Shown piece by piece: positions 1 through 12,657 of a stretch of DNA of 64,000 bases. The notes below the pieces were generated by a model that had not been told where the DNA came from, ran no database searches, and was given only the letters and a program-made list of their open reading frames with translations. Location: assembly GCA_964016885.1 (NCBI GenBank), contig OZ024740.1:342054001-342118000 (forward strand), given 5' to 3'. The stretch comes from Eledone cirrhosa (taxonomy: Eukaryota). The position numbers and the translations under genes are program-made. Each line of letters opens with the position of its first letter. Position 1 is the stretch's first letter.

Positions 1-1050
1 GCTTTGCCAAGTAGGTTCTGAAAATGTTGCCACAGTTTTAAACGTTCGTCTTGGCTGGAGGCTTTCAGTTTGGCTCTGTCACTACTTTTTCTGCCACTAA
101 TTTCATTGACAGTTTTCCAGGCTTCAGCAGACTTCTTATTGCTGACAGTACTCGAGATATGATTGATCTTTCTCTGCATGTATTCGGCTTGCTCAATTTC
201 ATACTCACTTTTCAGTGCTGTACAAGCAACACTGAAGTTACTAATGTTTTCTGGAGATCGTTGAGTGTCTTTCAATTCTGCAGCTTTTCGCAACTCTTTG
301 CGCTTTTGGCGTATCCTCTCTGTTTCTTAGGGTTTTCGTTTTTTAACCTTGGGTTTTAAAGGGATGGTGTCGGCCGCTGCCTCTATGAATGCCATTTGAA
401 AGTGGTTAAATGTAGAATTTGACGATTTTGCTGGCGCAGAGTCTTGTAGGGCAGCAAATCGGTTGCTCAGTTGGGTTACAAAGGTTTTGTAAGTCTCAGG
501 ATTGGTATTCAGAACTGCCCAGTTGTAAAGAGTAGCATTTGCAGATTTCTTTTTATCCACTCAGAGACCTAATCGTATCTTGGCCGAGTCAACACTAACA
601 AATGAGTCATATGCTCTGCAGTTTTTTGCGCTGTTCTTCCATTTTCGATTGATTATGATATAATCCAGTTGTGCCTTGTCGCCATTTGGAGATTTGTGTT
701 TCCACCGCTGGCCTGGTCTTTTTTGGAATATGGCGTTGAGACATCATAAATTGTTCTCACACAAGTAATCTTTTAGCATACAACCGTTTCTATTGGTTTG
801 TGAGTGGTATGAGAATTTGAATCAATCAAGCTGTCCAAGATGCGCATTGAAGTCTCCGCCAATGCTGAGAACATTATGTTTTGGGATTTGTCTAGTGAGT
901 GATGTTAGTTCCATGTAAAACCTCTCTACTTCGGCCATGTCACATACATTTGTTGGACTATAGCAAGAGATTACAGTGGTTTTAGGATTCCCGTTAAACG
1001 TAGCTATCATTATCCTTGATGTTATCATTTCAACACTCGAATATTGAATA
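1..1050 (-). mobile_element. Degraded non-LTR retrotransposon (RTE-like): APE endonuclease and linker fragment
   Basis: Minus-strand peptides ATFNGNPKTTVISCYSPTN...GGDFNAHLG (APE motifs) and QLDYIIINRKW; broken by stops/frameshifts; runs off the window start. Confidence 0.85.
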
Positions 1051-1168
1051 TTATAATCAGTTTATCTCATTAGAAATATGGAACGAAAGGATTAATGCTT
1101 TTCAAATGATTTCTGAGCTCTTTTCAGAAATTGTTACAAATTCTTTCATACAAAACTGTTTTAAAGTG

Positions 1169-1342
1169 TCATCATCATCATCATCATCAACGTTTAACGT
1201 CCGTGTTCCACGCTTGCATGGGTTTGGACGGGGGTAGTCCCACTTGAGGCAAGAGTGATTGTCTTGCTCGCATAGGACTGTCTGGCAGGTTTTCTACAGT
1301 TGGATGCCCTTCCTAACACCAACCACATTTACAGTGTGGGTC
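1169..1342 (-). mobile_element. Short RTE LINE 3'-UTR fragment with (GAT)n tail
   Basis: Nearly identical to the 3' ends of the RTE copies at 47425-47600, 58700-58876 and 63311-63480. Confidence 0.9.
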
Positions 1343-1849
1343 ATAATTAAAAATTTTAATGTATGATCCAAACACCATGCTTGCATTATATGTGACTTTT
1401 GAGGCAGATTTTTTATCCCTTTTCTCCCCATCCTGATACCAACCCATATTAAATTTTCTACCCCAAACATAAGATTTTGTTGTAATGTTTTTCTATTAAA
1501 CTACCTGGTTTTGATTTTGTTTACTTTCATTTTCAAATATCTTCCCATCTAGCTTATTGTCAGAGGACTGGTTCTGTTGTTGATATATTTCGTTTCTTGT
1601 ATTGTGATTGTCAATCCATATTCATTGAACGAACTTGCTGTAGGATGTATTACATGAGACTTAAACAAATGTTATCTGTTGCTCTGAACATTATTGATAT
1701 GTAAATGTTCATAGTTATCTCACACACATGCAGCAAGCATAGAAAATAGACATAAAACAGCGATGATGAGGATGATGATCATCATCACTGTTACATCTAT
1801 TTTTCCACTCTTGCATAGGGTAGATGGGTCGTCCACATTATGTGACAAG

Positions 1850-2445
1850 TCTGGCCTGTTGACCACACTGTACCTTGCTCAAATGGAACTGTATGTTAGC
1901 TGTTTTGTTTTACAGCTGGATGCCCTTCCTAACATTAACCACATATCAGTGTGGAACTGGGTGGTCCCATTATGAGGAAGGTCTGACCAGTTTTTTTCCT
2001 GCTCATAGCAGAATCATATTTTGGGAGCTGGGTGGTCCCACTATGAGGAAGATCTGACCAGTTGGCTACACTGTACCTTGCTCATAGTAGGACTGTGTTT
2101 GAGCTGAGTTTTTACAGTTGCTGGAGGCCCTTCGTAACACCAACCACGTTTACAATGTAGGACTGGATGGTTCTGTTATGAGGGAGATCTGGCCAGTTGG
2201 CCATGCTGTACCTTGCTCATAGCAGGACCGCATTTTAATTAGGTTTTTATGACTGCTGGAAGCCTTTCCTAACACCAAACACGTTTACAGTGTGGAACTG
2301 GGTGGTACTGTTATGAGACAAGTCTGACCAGTTGGCCACGCTGTATCTTGCACATAGTGGAACTATGTGTTGGCTGGGTTTTGCGGCTGCTGGATGCCCT
2401 TCCTAAGCACAAACCACGTTCTTATGGTGTGGACTGGACTGGGTT
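1850..2445. repeat. Diverged tandem array (~135-bp unit, about 4-5 copies) built from the RTE 3'-UTR module
   Basis: Recurring tctgaccagttggc..ctgtaccttgctc..ggatgcccttcctaacaccaaccac..gtggaactggg units starting near 1850, 2053, 2188 and 2323, with a partial unit near 1982. Confidence 0.75.
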
Positions 2446-2479
2446 ATCAGCTCAGGTTTTCTGTCATACATCATACCGC

Positions 2480-2955
2480 CAGAACCCTTAGTCATGTGTC
2501 ATCTTCCTTGAGATGTTCAGCTGTTCCAGGTCAGCCTTTATCATTTCATCCCACATCTTCCTCTTCTAAAGCACCCTACAACTTTGAGAACCCTGCACAT
2601 TTTTATACAGCTGTCTTTCTTCATGCACATCACCTGTCCATACTATCACAGTCTTCTTTCCTGCTCACACCATTTGATCCATCTTATGCCCAGTTTCATT
2701 CTCAGTTCATTTTCACTTTGCCGCTCATGTGCGCTACTATTACACATCCATCAAATAATACAAGCTTCTTTTCTTTCTAATCTACGTAGATCCTCAGCAC
2801 TCAGTGCCTAGGTTTCACTTCCATGTAGCATAGCTGTTTGCACACAGGTATCATACAACTTGTCTTTTGTAGCTAGCAGCTGCAGCAGCTCTCACAACTT
2901 TTTCCATCCATCCTTACTCTGGCAACTGTACTTTCTGAGCTCCCACCTCCACTGA
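2480..2955 (-). mobile_element. Old RTE LINE fragment (C-terminal part of the ORF)
   Basis: Visible similarity to the [12 protein letters not shown]...LHGSETW...LERNEA region of the intact RTE copies; many stops. Confidence 0.7.
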
Positions 2956-3403
2956 TACACACACAACAGGCTTCTTTTACTCTTTCCATCTACTAAATTC
3001 ATCCATAAGCCATTGGTCAGCCCAGGGCTATAATAAGACACTCGCCAAAAGTACTGCACAATTGGATGGATCCTGAAACCTCGTACTCATTTTCAACTGC
3101 ATGTGAGTAATGTGAAACGAAGTGCACTGCTCCAGGACACAAACCTGTGAGAGTGGGATTATCAAACCAACATCCTAACCATGTACTTTCAGTGTTTAGT
3201 GAGTACTAACTGTGTTTTGTCACTGGACATCTTATCCTCTTGGAACTCACTACCTACTCAACAGTTGTTCAGATAGAATAAGTGAACATATTTCTTGTAT
3301 TTATTCAAATATAAATACTGTTCTATGTACAAAAAAGTGAGCATAAAAGCAATGATCGTGATGATTAATGCACCATATATTATAAAAGCTAATCTAAATT
3401 TAA

Positions 3404-3624
3404 CCCTTTAGCATTTATATTGCTCTATATTTACTATTGTATTTTCATGGCAAAAGCTTTATCTCACATAATTATCGCACATAATATTGAATCTACGAGG
3501 TTTCGATATTATTTATTTTGAGAACAATACCTTAACATAAGTATGAGTGGCCAGTTATGGCTGGTTTGAATAGAGAGAGGTGAGAGAATTCTGACTGGAT
3601 TTGGCTGGTTTAAATGCTAAAGGG
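3404..3624. mobile_element. piggyBac-type MITE
   Basis: TTAA|CCCTTTAGCATTTA ... TAAATGCTAAAGGG|TTAA: terminal inverted repeats with TTAA target duplication; same family at 25043, 26442 and 28116. Confidence 0.85.
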
Positions 3625-4156
3625 TTAATACAGATATAAATATATATGATAATCCTTGCTGCGAAAATAAACAAGTGTAAATATACTTTGTTATTCTCTT
3701 CATACACAAAAAATATTAGATATTTAATGTTTTTCTATAAACAAAAAAACTTATCATTTAAACAGTGAAACAGTGAAACTTATCATTTAAAACTAGTTAT
3801 ATCTACATTAACACTTTCATTACTATATTTCTAATGAAATATACTGCCTCTTTATTTCAATTAGTTTTTAAAATAATCAATAATTTGGAGGAGTTTAATA
3901 ATATATCTAACTTTTCCATTATTAAACTGGTGTTTGGAACATAACTTAAAGGTTTTTAAATAAATATAAACACATTAAAACAATCAATTTTGTATTGTAG
4001 AGTCAAGAGCAATTTCGTATCAAATGAATTCAATTTAATCACAGTTCAGTTTATCATTTAAAACAATAGTTACATCATATTTGCATTAAATTGTTTTAGA
4101 TTAATTAATTCACACTATTTGTCTACTAATTTTTACTATTATTTTATTTCTCACAG

Positions 4157-4293
4157 GGTCTGCCAGTTTCTGTTTAGTTTGTGGACATGGAGGACACACT
4201 TTACACATGTCTCATTGGTTCCTCTCATACACACAATGTCCTAGTGGTTGTGGTTGCTATTGTATTGAAAGAAATTTGATTGAAGCTCACTGA
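4157..4293 (+). CDS. WDR59: Terminal coding exon of WD repeat protein 59 (GATOR2 subunit), C-terminal RING-type zinc finger
   Basis: Acceptor ttttatttctcacag| followed by (G)SASFCLVCGHGGHTLHMSHWFLSYTQCPSGCGCYCIERNLIEAH*. This matches the remembered vertebrate WDR59 C-terminus (GSSNFCLTCGHGGHTSHMMEWF..CPTGCGC.C). Not present in the ORF track. Confidence 0.9.
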
Positions 4294-4336
4294 GTTACTC
4301 ACACACTTTTAATATTACAAATTGTTTGATTCTCAC

Positions 4337-4342
4337 AATAAA
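4337..4342 (+). promoter_or_regulatory. Candidate polyadenylation signal for WDR59
   Basis: AATAAA 43 nt after the stop codon, followed by a T-rich downstream tract. Confidence 0.5.
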
Positions 4343-4454
4343 CCTCTAGTTTTTATCTTTTCGTCTTGTTCCTTTCTTTCTTTTTTTTAAATTTGTTTTT
4401 ATAAAGCTGTATATAGCTATGGTGTGGCCACACTTAGAATTTGCATCACCAGTC

Positions 4455-4612
4455 AGGAACCCCTCCATACACACGCACACATGTATATCATGACTCTTAT
4501 GCTGTTCATTTTCCTGACATTTGTACATTATTCTATGTACTATACATGTACATTTGACGAGCTGTAGTGCACCTGAGCACTGTACACAATAATTTCATAA
4601 TTATTATTATTA
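4455..4612 (+). mobile_element. 3' tip of a CR1/L2-type LINE with (ATT)n tail
   Basis: ccctccat..catg..tatatcatgactc..tgttca..ttcctgacatttg is shared with the minus-strand copy at 23573-24060; ends in attattatt. Confidence 0.55.
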
Positions 4613-4617
4613 TATCA

Positions 4618-5899
4618 CTAGCAGTTTAGCCCGGCGTTGCTCGGGTTTGTTCATTTGCTATGAAAAGTTACATACAGATAAACGTGGCTTGAAAGCGAAT
4701 AAGCTTATCAATTAAGTGCATAAAGCAGTTGAACTGGTTATTAAAAGTTACGAACCAATTAGCATTTTGGACAGTGAATTTAGCAGACCAAAGTTGCAAG
4801 ATGGTGGCCCTGATGCCGCTGGGTGTCAGATCTGTCCGCCATGGGTGACCCTACCAGGAAATAGTTTTCCAGACGGCATAGTTCCAACACCTCCAACACC
4901 TGCACCAACATCTATAGCACCTCTTTGTAGACGATATTGCATGTCATCCCTTGAGGAACGTAAGCAAAAAGTCCATTCCTACTCCCTACTCGGGAACAGG
5001 CAACATAAAGTTGGCCATGGGAGAAGCATGGCTCCGCCACTGACAATGTTTGCCCTTGTGACTTGTTAATGGACATGGCAAAACATGGTCTCACTGGGAA
5101 TTGGGATCGCCGGAAATCGAACAGGATCTGACGCTGAGGGAAAAAGGTTCATCCTTGGCAGTGTATTCGGCAGAATTGCCAGAAGTACAACACTATGGGT
5201 GTTGTCATATTAATATTTAACCAATGAAAGTCGTAAAAAATAAATAATTTAAACATTCCAATTCATATGTCTATAGCATTAATCTGTTATATGAAGTGTT
5301 AATTTGCAGGTTGTTATTTGCAATAAGCCGATTTAAAATACCCCAGAAAAGCCGTATGTCAATATGGAACTCCAATGCCTCCCCCAGCAGTTAAATTATA
5401 GAGAGGGGGAATAATCTATTATAGAGAGAGGGAAGAGTGATGGAGAGAGTAAAGCTAAGAAACTATAGGGAGGTGTGTTGAACTTCAAAGCATAAAGAGA
5501 GTAAAGCATTTAAATTATAGAGAGGAGGAATGATCTATTATAGAGAGAGAGAAGAGCGACGGAGAGAGCGTTATGACTAGGTTTGTTGTATAAAATGATG
5601 TGTTGCTTAGTTTTCAAAGTTTATGTCGCGTTCCTGAACGAAGTTTTGTCGCTGTTGGGTAGTAGAGAGAGGGATTAAGTGTGTAAGAGAGAGGGTTACA
5701 GCATGTATTTAGTTTTATCGATTTTTTTTCATAGAAGCAGGAAATTTTTGGCAAAGTTTATTACGTGTTGACCATCGTTGGTAAATTTGGAGCACATTGG
5801 AAAAAAAATCATCAAAATCGGTAGAGAAATGTGGAAATGCATAAAAATCATACACATACACACAGACAGACATCTTCCGTTTTATATATATAATAGAGA
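4618..5899 (-). mobile_element. Internally deleted Helitron carrying a PIF1-type helicase remnant
   Basis: On the minus strand: A|TCTCTATTATATATATAAAA 5' end; subterminal hairpin CCCGAGCAACGCCGGG then CTAG|T; peptide [41 protein letters not shown] at ~4912-5110. Confidence 0.9.
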
Positions 5900-5902
5900 T
5901 TA

Positions 5903-6394
5903 TCTAAACTATAATAAAGTAAGGAGTGCGGGACTGCGTCCAGATTATATTTTTTTTATCCCGTTTGTAAAATAAGTTAGATTACTTTGAATAAATAATA
6001 TAAATGAATATTACATAATTTATTTACTAAATTTCTTTATTCTTGATTAAATATAAATAATTTTGTTGCTTATTTTAAGATTCACTTCTTTAAAATTTTC
6101 AAATGTCAACAATTCCGGTTAGCGATCGCTAATTTTCTCCTAATGCAGTTTATATATATCGCCTTTTTTTAATGTATCATGGATTACGTTACTGATTACA
6201 GAAGACAATGTCTTCACAGTCTTCGTTCAATTTCTGTGTATATTGTCAATTACGATTTTATTTGATGTATCATATCTACATGCATATATACTTGCGTATA
6301 ATATCAATATACACATTACACATGCTAGCAGAAAACCATCCTAAGGGTGGTTTTTCTGCTAGTTATAATATTAACTAACAGGTTTTTCTGCTAG
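5903..6394 (+). mobile_element. Non-autonomous Helitron with a duplicated 3' terminus
   Basis: A|TCTAAACTATAATAAAG start; hairpin CTAGCAGAAAACCA..TGGTTTTTCTGCTAG ending CTAG|T at 6362; second GGTTTTTCTGCTAG|T ending at 6394. Confidence 0.7.
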
Positions 6395-6421
6395 TTATAA
6401 TAATAACTAGATAAATCCAGT

Positions 6422-6552
6422 TCATCTTTGGAGAATGCTTTCTGTAGTTTGTTCAGAATATGGAAATGAATTCAAGAAGTTGAAATCGATTATTGTGGTT
6501 GCCAGAAGAATGGCGGAGAGAAATACAAATAATTGTAAAATTATTAAATGAA
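6422..6552 (-). CDS. Possible terminal exon of an unknown minus-strand gene (hydrophobic segment)
   Basis: Acceptor-like cctttttttattttttattatag| then an open frame HLIILQLFVFLSAILLATTIIDFNFLNSFPYSEQTTESILQR*; no recognised homology. Confidence 0.25.
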
Positions 6553-6584
6553 CTATAATAAAAAATAAAAAAAGGTCCCTTGAC

Positions 6585-9500
6585 ATAGATAGATTTCTTT
6601 ATTTGCCACAAGGGCGCACAAAAAAAGGGGACAATACAAAAACATGCTGGGGATTTTACAAACAGTCGTGTAAAAAATATAAAAACAAACAATTACAACA
6701 ATCGAAATCCCCAACAGGGGGGAAGCGCCACAAATGGGTTGTTTAATACCCCGTCGATAGAACAACCTTCAACTCCAGGAGTGTGTTGTGCAAGTGCTCC
6801 TTTCTTCCTTTTGCTCTCTTCCTCAACCTACAGGCTTATAAACAGAGAAGGCCCAATCAGTTGGGCCATTTTCGCTTCATTCACCCACCTTTCAGTAAAT
6901 TTACTGGGGTGCAGTGCCTCTCTCTCCACTCTGATTCTCCTTCTAAAGTGATACTTAAAGAAGGGAATCAATTGTTGTCCGGAGAGAAAGGCATCTGTCC
7001 TCAGTCCTCTCAATCTTGTCCACCATATAACTTCTTTCACCATAGCCACTGTACAGAGGAAAATCGCCTCTCTTTCGTTTTTGAAAGAAGCTGGCGGTTT
7101 GATCCTTACTATGGACTCGGCAGTCAACTGGATTTGTCGCATACGCGACAGCAGTTGTTCTGCATAGTTCCACAGGTCGGTTACGCCCGGGCAGTGTACA
7201 ATTGCGTGCAGGACTGTTTCAATGTCCTGCGTGCATCTTGGACATGTCGTCTTGGAAGGATCCCTGCCGGGGCATCCATGCCAGTAGTTCTTGTCACGAA
7301 CCGGTAGAGCTCCTCGGTAGCACTGCCAGGCCAGGGACCTCTGGAAGTTGTCCATAGGTCCCGGGCGGAAAGTCCTACCAAACAGACTGGGTGAGCTCAT
7401 CATCTTCGACGCCCAGAGTCTCTCCGAGCACGTTGTCGCCCTTGTAACGTACAATCCCTCTATAGAATGTCGAAGTGGAGTCTCCACTAATTACTGTGCC
7501 CGCTTGCCAGAGGACTGAGCGCCTGAGCGCATTCAATGTGCCAGGCGCCCATCGTTTTCGGTCATTTCTTGACCCAGGACTGCAGCTCCGTCAGTGACAC
7601 GAGCTGTGGGAAAGCCTGTCTCACAAACGGTGCCCACACCGGTTGGGGGTCGGTGAGGAATACCTGGCGAGGTGTTCACGGGGACAAGGCATGACAGTCA
7701 AGCGGTAGTAGATGACGGACGCTATGAAAGTGTACGCCACCTCCGCTCGACTTTTCAAGGACAGTTTGCACTCTGCCCACTTCTGGGTGAGTGCAAACAC
7801 TTTGGCCGTGACCTCGTTTCAGTTTTTCTCCACCTGGAGGTCTGGACCGAACCAGACCCCGAGCAATTTCACCGGTCCGTCCGTCCAGCGTCCAACGACG
7901 CTGTCGGACGTCATCGGTTTGCCTCTCCATGTACCGAGTTGCAAACTGACAGACTTGTCCGGGTTTAGTTTTGCTCCCGTCAGCGTTTCGTATTCTTTCA
8001 GTAAGTTGCCAATCACCCTGATTTCCGAGGTGCTCGGCACCATTACCGTCACGTCGGCATAAACCGACACTGCTTTGCACAGTCCCGGTTCTAGAGGGAT
8101 GCCCTGCAACAGCTCCAATTTCCGCAGTAGTGGCTCTAGAGTCAATACATACAGAATGGAGGAAGAGAGAGGGCACCGCTGTCTAATGGAACGCGTAATT
8201 GCGAACGGCTCCAATAGGTAGCCGTTCACTTTGACCCTCAAGCAGATGCTGGTGTGCATTGCCTCGATCCAGCCTCTGAAAACGGGACCGAAACCGGCTG
8301 CCTTCAGAACCGCTTCCAAGTATCGATGGTCGATCCTATCGAATGCCTTAGACTGATCCAAATTGATCAGAGCCCCACCGAAGCCGGATTTACTACCCAC
8401 CCTCTCTATGATGTATCGCATGAGGTGGAGGTTGTCGTGTATGGATCTGGTCGGAATTGCACACATTTGCGCTTTCCCTACCAGGTTCTCGACGACAAGC
8501 ACCAACCTCGTCGCTAGCACTTTGGCCAAAATCTTTAACTCTGTGTTGAGCAGAGTTATGGGCCTGAAGTTGTTAATTTTGTTCCCCTTGATCTCGTCTT
8601 TCCTGATCAGCGTTACTACGCCCTTGCCTGCAGAACTGGGAATTCTCCCGTTCTGCTGCTAATTGCAGTAGACGGCTTCGAGGACGCCAGAGAACAAGTC
8701 CGGTATGCCTATGTAAAACTCATAGGGTAGACCATCTAGACCGGGTAACTTGCGTTTCTCGCAGCAGCACAGAGTGTCCTGTATCTCAGTGTCCATGATC
8801 GGTCTTTTGCAGAACTCGGCGTCCATGTTCGAGAGACGCGGCAGGCCGTTGAGGTATGTACTAAAGTCCATTGCCTCGTTCGGCTCACCGTCATTCTGCT
8901 CAAACAGTCATGCAAAGTGCTGCTGAAAGGCCGCGCACATTTGCTTGTGGTCAAGTAGCACGCGTCCGTTTTGGTCTTTCAAAGACCGAATCGTGGACTT
9001 GTTGCCACTTTTCGCCTCCGCCACTCGGGCCCAGCTGACAGCTTTCGCTCCTTCGTTTCCTAGAGCACGTGTTTTGCTTCTGACCACGCAGCCTTCATGT
9101 TTTGCATCGAAGAACTGGTCCAGTTCCGTTCTCAACGCTAACACTCTAGCCGCGTTGCCACTGCTAAGTGCCTCCTCTACCTTGGCTACTAGTTCTCTTT
9201 CTATTTTGTTTTTCTCTAAGGCTAACTCTCTGCTAAACCCTATCGATTCTATTCTAATTGCTTTCTTGAGAGAGTACCACCATTTATTGTTGACGATGGC
9301 TCCCGTTAACTGTTGCTTGACTAGTCTACTTATCCGTTCACTGTAAGCTTTACGTGCCGGGAATGACACGTTCAGCTTCCAGTATCCAGGTCCTTGTCTA
9401 TGTGTTCTATCACGGTTGACTCAGCAGACGACTAATTTGTGATCTGAATAGGCAACCATGTGCCTTCGTGGACAGCTTAACATTTCCTTGTCTCTTTCTC

Positions 9501-12040
9501 TAATGAAGAACCTATCTAAATACGATCTAGATGTCCCGCTGCGGTTTGCTCACGTCCAGTGTGGTGCAGTCGATACCTATCGGCCAGTTGGAATTGGCCG
9601 ATTAAAGTTTTGAGGCTGTTGTCACCCCCCACTCTACTGGGACATGCTCCCACATAGTCCCATCGTGCATCTAGAATACCATTCCGTCCCCCACTAAAAT
9701 TAAGGAGCGAGACGTTCCCAGTTAAAGAAGTCTGGCCATGATTGCGATTGCCCGGTTGGGGCATAAACGGCCACCAGTCTGAAGGCTCCACCTCCAATAC
9801 TGTTCACATCTAGGACTACCAGTCTACCCTCCGGGTCCAAGTGTACTTGCTGTACCTCGACGTCCAGGTTCTTCCAAAACATGACAGCCACTCCCCCTCC
9901 ACCTCCTGGCTGACAGAGATGCGTAGATCTCAAAGTCGTCGAAGATGGGGGTTAGTTGCTGCCTGTTGTGGATCCTGGACTCGGTGATGGCTATCACATC
10001 CATACTGTGTGACCTAAGGTTGTTTAAAAGTTGGCCCTCTTTCCAGAGCATCCCTAGGCCATGCCCATTCACGCTTCCAACTCGTAAACTAGCCATGTTG
10101 GTGAAGAAGAGTTGGAGAAAAAGGACGAAAGGTGCACTTACCTTTTCGTTTCCTGGAGATCGGGTTGTTCAATCTCCATTTGGGTGCTGGATGGGGTGTT
10201 GGGTGGGGTGGGGTAACATTTTAACAGGACACGGTTGATGGGTTTCTGGCAGGGGTTGCCCACGTCCTGTGAAATATTTATTTTTCAGGTCATTATAGGT
10301 TTCCATAGAAACCCTTATAAGTTTAAGGTGTGGAGACGATTCTGCCTTGACGAAAGTTTTGCCCTCCGTCTCCACCTTGGGGTTTTGGGAGATGACCTCC
10401 ATCAAACTCTTGTTATTTGTGTTGATGTATGTGTATTGTTGTTTGTGTTTTTGTTGTGTTGTTTTAGTTTGTTGTTCATCCGGGAGTTTTCTTTTTATGG
10501 TGGGTGCTTGTGTTTGGGGTGGTGTTGGTGTTGGTTTTGCTGGTAGGGGGATGTTTGACTGTGGTGTTGTTTGTGTTGTTGTTTGTGTCTGTGGTTGTGT
10601 GTTGGTGTTGGTGATTGGAGTTTTGTGGGTTTTGTAGTGTCTCTTTTTTTGTTTTTTAGATTTCCGCGGCTCTCCCTCTTCTTCACTTAAAGAAGGAGAA
10701 GCAGCTTCATCCGTCGATGAATAATCATCGTCAGGAGTGTGGGGTAGGGGTATGTTGTGTGGTGGTGGTGTTTCGGTGTTTGTGGTAGTGTTTGATGGAG
10801 TGGGATGGGGTGGGGCTGTGTTCTTCAGGGGTGTTGTCTCTGTTTTTTCTATTGTTGTTGTTGGTTGAGTGGCTGTTTGTTTTGGTGTGGTTGCTTGCTT
10901 CGTCTGTTGTTGTACTTGTGGTGGTGGTGGTTGTTTTGGTGTTGGTGTTGGTAATAGTGTTTTTTTAATGATGTTGTTGTGGTGTGTTTGTGAAGCGGGC
11001 TTTTAGGTGTGCTGTGCTACCACAGTGAAAGCAATGAAATTTTCGCCCTTCTACCGAAATGTTTATTTTGTTGTTGTCGTCAATGTCTTTTTCGGGTATT
11101 TTGGAGATTCTCTCCGGCCTCATTTGCAACAGAATCTTCAAATCAGTACCCGCCCACCATTGTCGAATAGACTTTCGTATCGAAAGAATCATATCAGTTT
11201 CCAGCTCTACGAAGCTAGCCAAGGTCCACCAGATGTTAATGTTTGGTGGTATATTTTATTTTTTTATTTTTTGTGTCCTTTTTCCCATGTATGTAGGAAA
11301 AAAGGTGAATGCTTTTGGGCGAGTGCCTTGCTTTTAAACAGTACGGAAACACTTCCGTACTGTTTTCCTCGTTGGAGAAATTCGATATTTGCTAGAATTT
11401 CCTTCAAGGTATCTTCTATATCTCCTTGACTAACAAATATCGGCTTTCTCGTGGTATTGGATACAGTCCTAAAGGTCACTGTCCTGCGAACTGCGTCTTC
11501 TTTTATTTCGAGGGGGTGAGTTAATTCTAAACCCACCCTTCTCTTCGAAAGTTACGAATTTTCTCCCTTGCTGGAGCATATCTCTTGCATTGGAGATGTC
11601 AAGATTTATAAAATCTTGTTTTTTGTTCACTGTTTCAGCGAAAGACATTTTTGTGTGTGTGTGGTGTTGCTGTTGTTGTTGTTATCGTTGTTAGCCTCGG
11701 TGTTGGAAATCTCAGTTCCTTGACGAGGTGAAACTTTATGTGTAGATGTATCTGTGGAGTTGTTGTTGATGTTTTTTTTCATGTGTATGTATGTTAATGG
11801 GTTTAATTCCTGTTTTCATTTTTCTCCGCTTCGACGGTAGAAATTGTACAATCTTCAAGTGGCATTATTTTTTCCCCTTTGTTGACAGTCGTATCTATGG
11901 CGACGTCCATAGTAGCAGAAGCAGATATAACGTTAAAATCTGCCTCTTTCTCTCTCTCTTTTCTCTGTCGACGTTCTCCAGCGTTCTTTTCGTGTTATTC
12001 AAGTTGGCAAAATTTGATATTTTAAAACAATTTTTAAATT
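6585..12040 (-). mobile_element. Near full-length but frameshifted L1/Tx1-clade LINE
   Basis: ORF1 pieces with a knuckle CFHCGSTAH and a low-complexity tract (~10170-11650); APE (GSVNGHGL, AFRLVAVYAP, 9370-10096); RT (PGLDGLPYEFY, LDQSKAFDRIDH, YAD, ~7700-8950); C-terminal CPRC..H..C (6828-7487); AATAAA plus (CTAT)n tail. The 5' boundary is approximate. Confidence 0.9.
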
Positions 12041-12620
12041 AAATGTTCGCCCCTAAAGGAGCGAAACATGGGATTACCACCCAGATGACAATTCGGCTTG
12101 GGGGTTAATCTACAAAATAATATGTTTTTTCAAACAATTTGTTCTGTTTTTCGTATATAAATTTACAAAAAATCTTACCCGCGATGTTCCACGCGTCAGG
12201 CAGATAGAGAGATATATAGATAGATATGTGGGTAGGTAGATAGATACAGAAACAGTTATACATAGAGGTACACCTCAATGTGTGTGTGTTGTAGAAGCTA
12301 AGGTTTATTTTGCTGTCATATCTAGCAAGACAGGTTACCACAACGTGGACCTTTGCGCCGTGTAAGACAGATAGATAAAGGGCCAACTTCAGTCATTCTA
12401 CAGATGAATACACACATACACACATTGGTGTAATGACTGCGACATTATAGTTCTCTGTCTATCTAATCTCTTTCTATAACTCTCCCACTATCTCTCTATC
12501 TCTCCCGTTGGCGGCCCTGTTTGCTATGTTACCATGACGTCGTCGCTCTCTCTCTATATATATATATTATAACCCCCCTCTCTCTCTCTCTATATATATA
12601 TATATTGTAACCCCCCCCCC

Positions 12621-12656
<36 letters not shown>

Positions 12657-12657
<1 letters not shown>

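Noticed and set aside
10235-10980. Cys/Val-rich plus-strand ORFs suggesting membrane proteins
   Set aside because: Antisense of the low-complexity Thr/Gln/Pro tract in the Tx1-like ORF1
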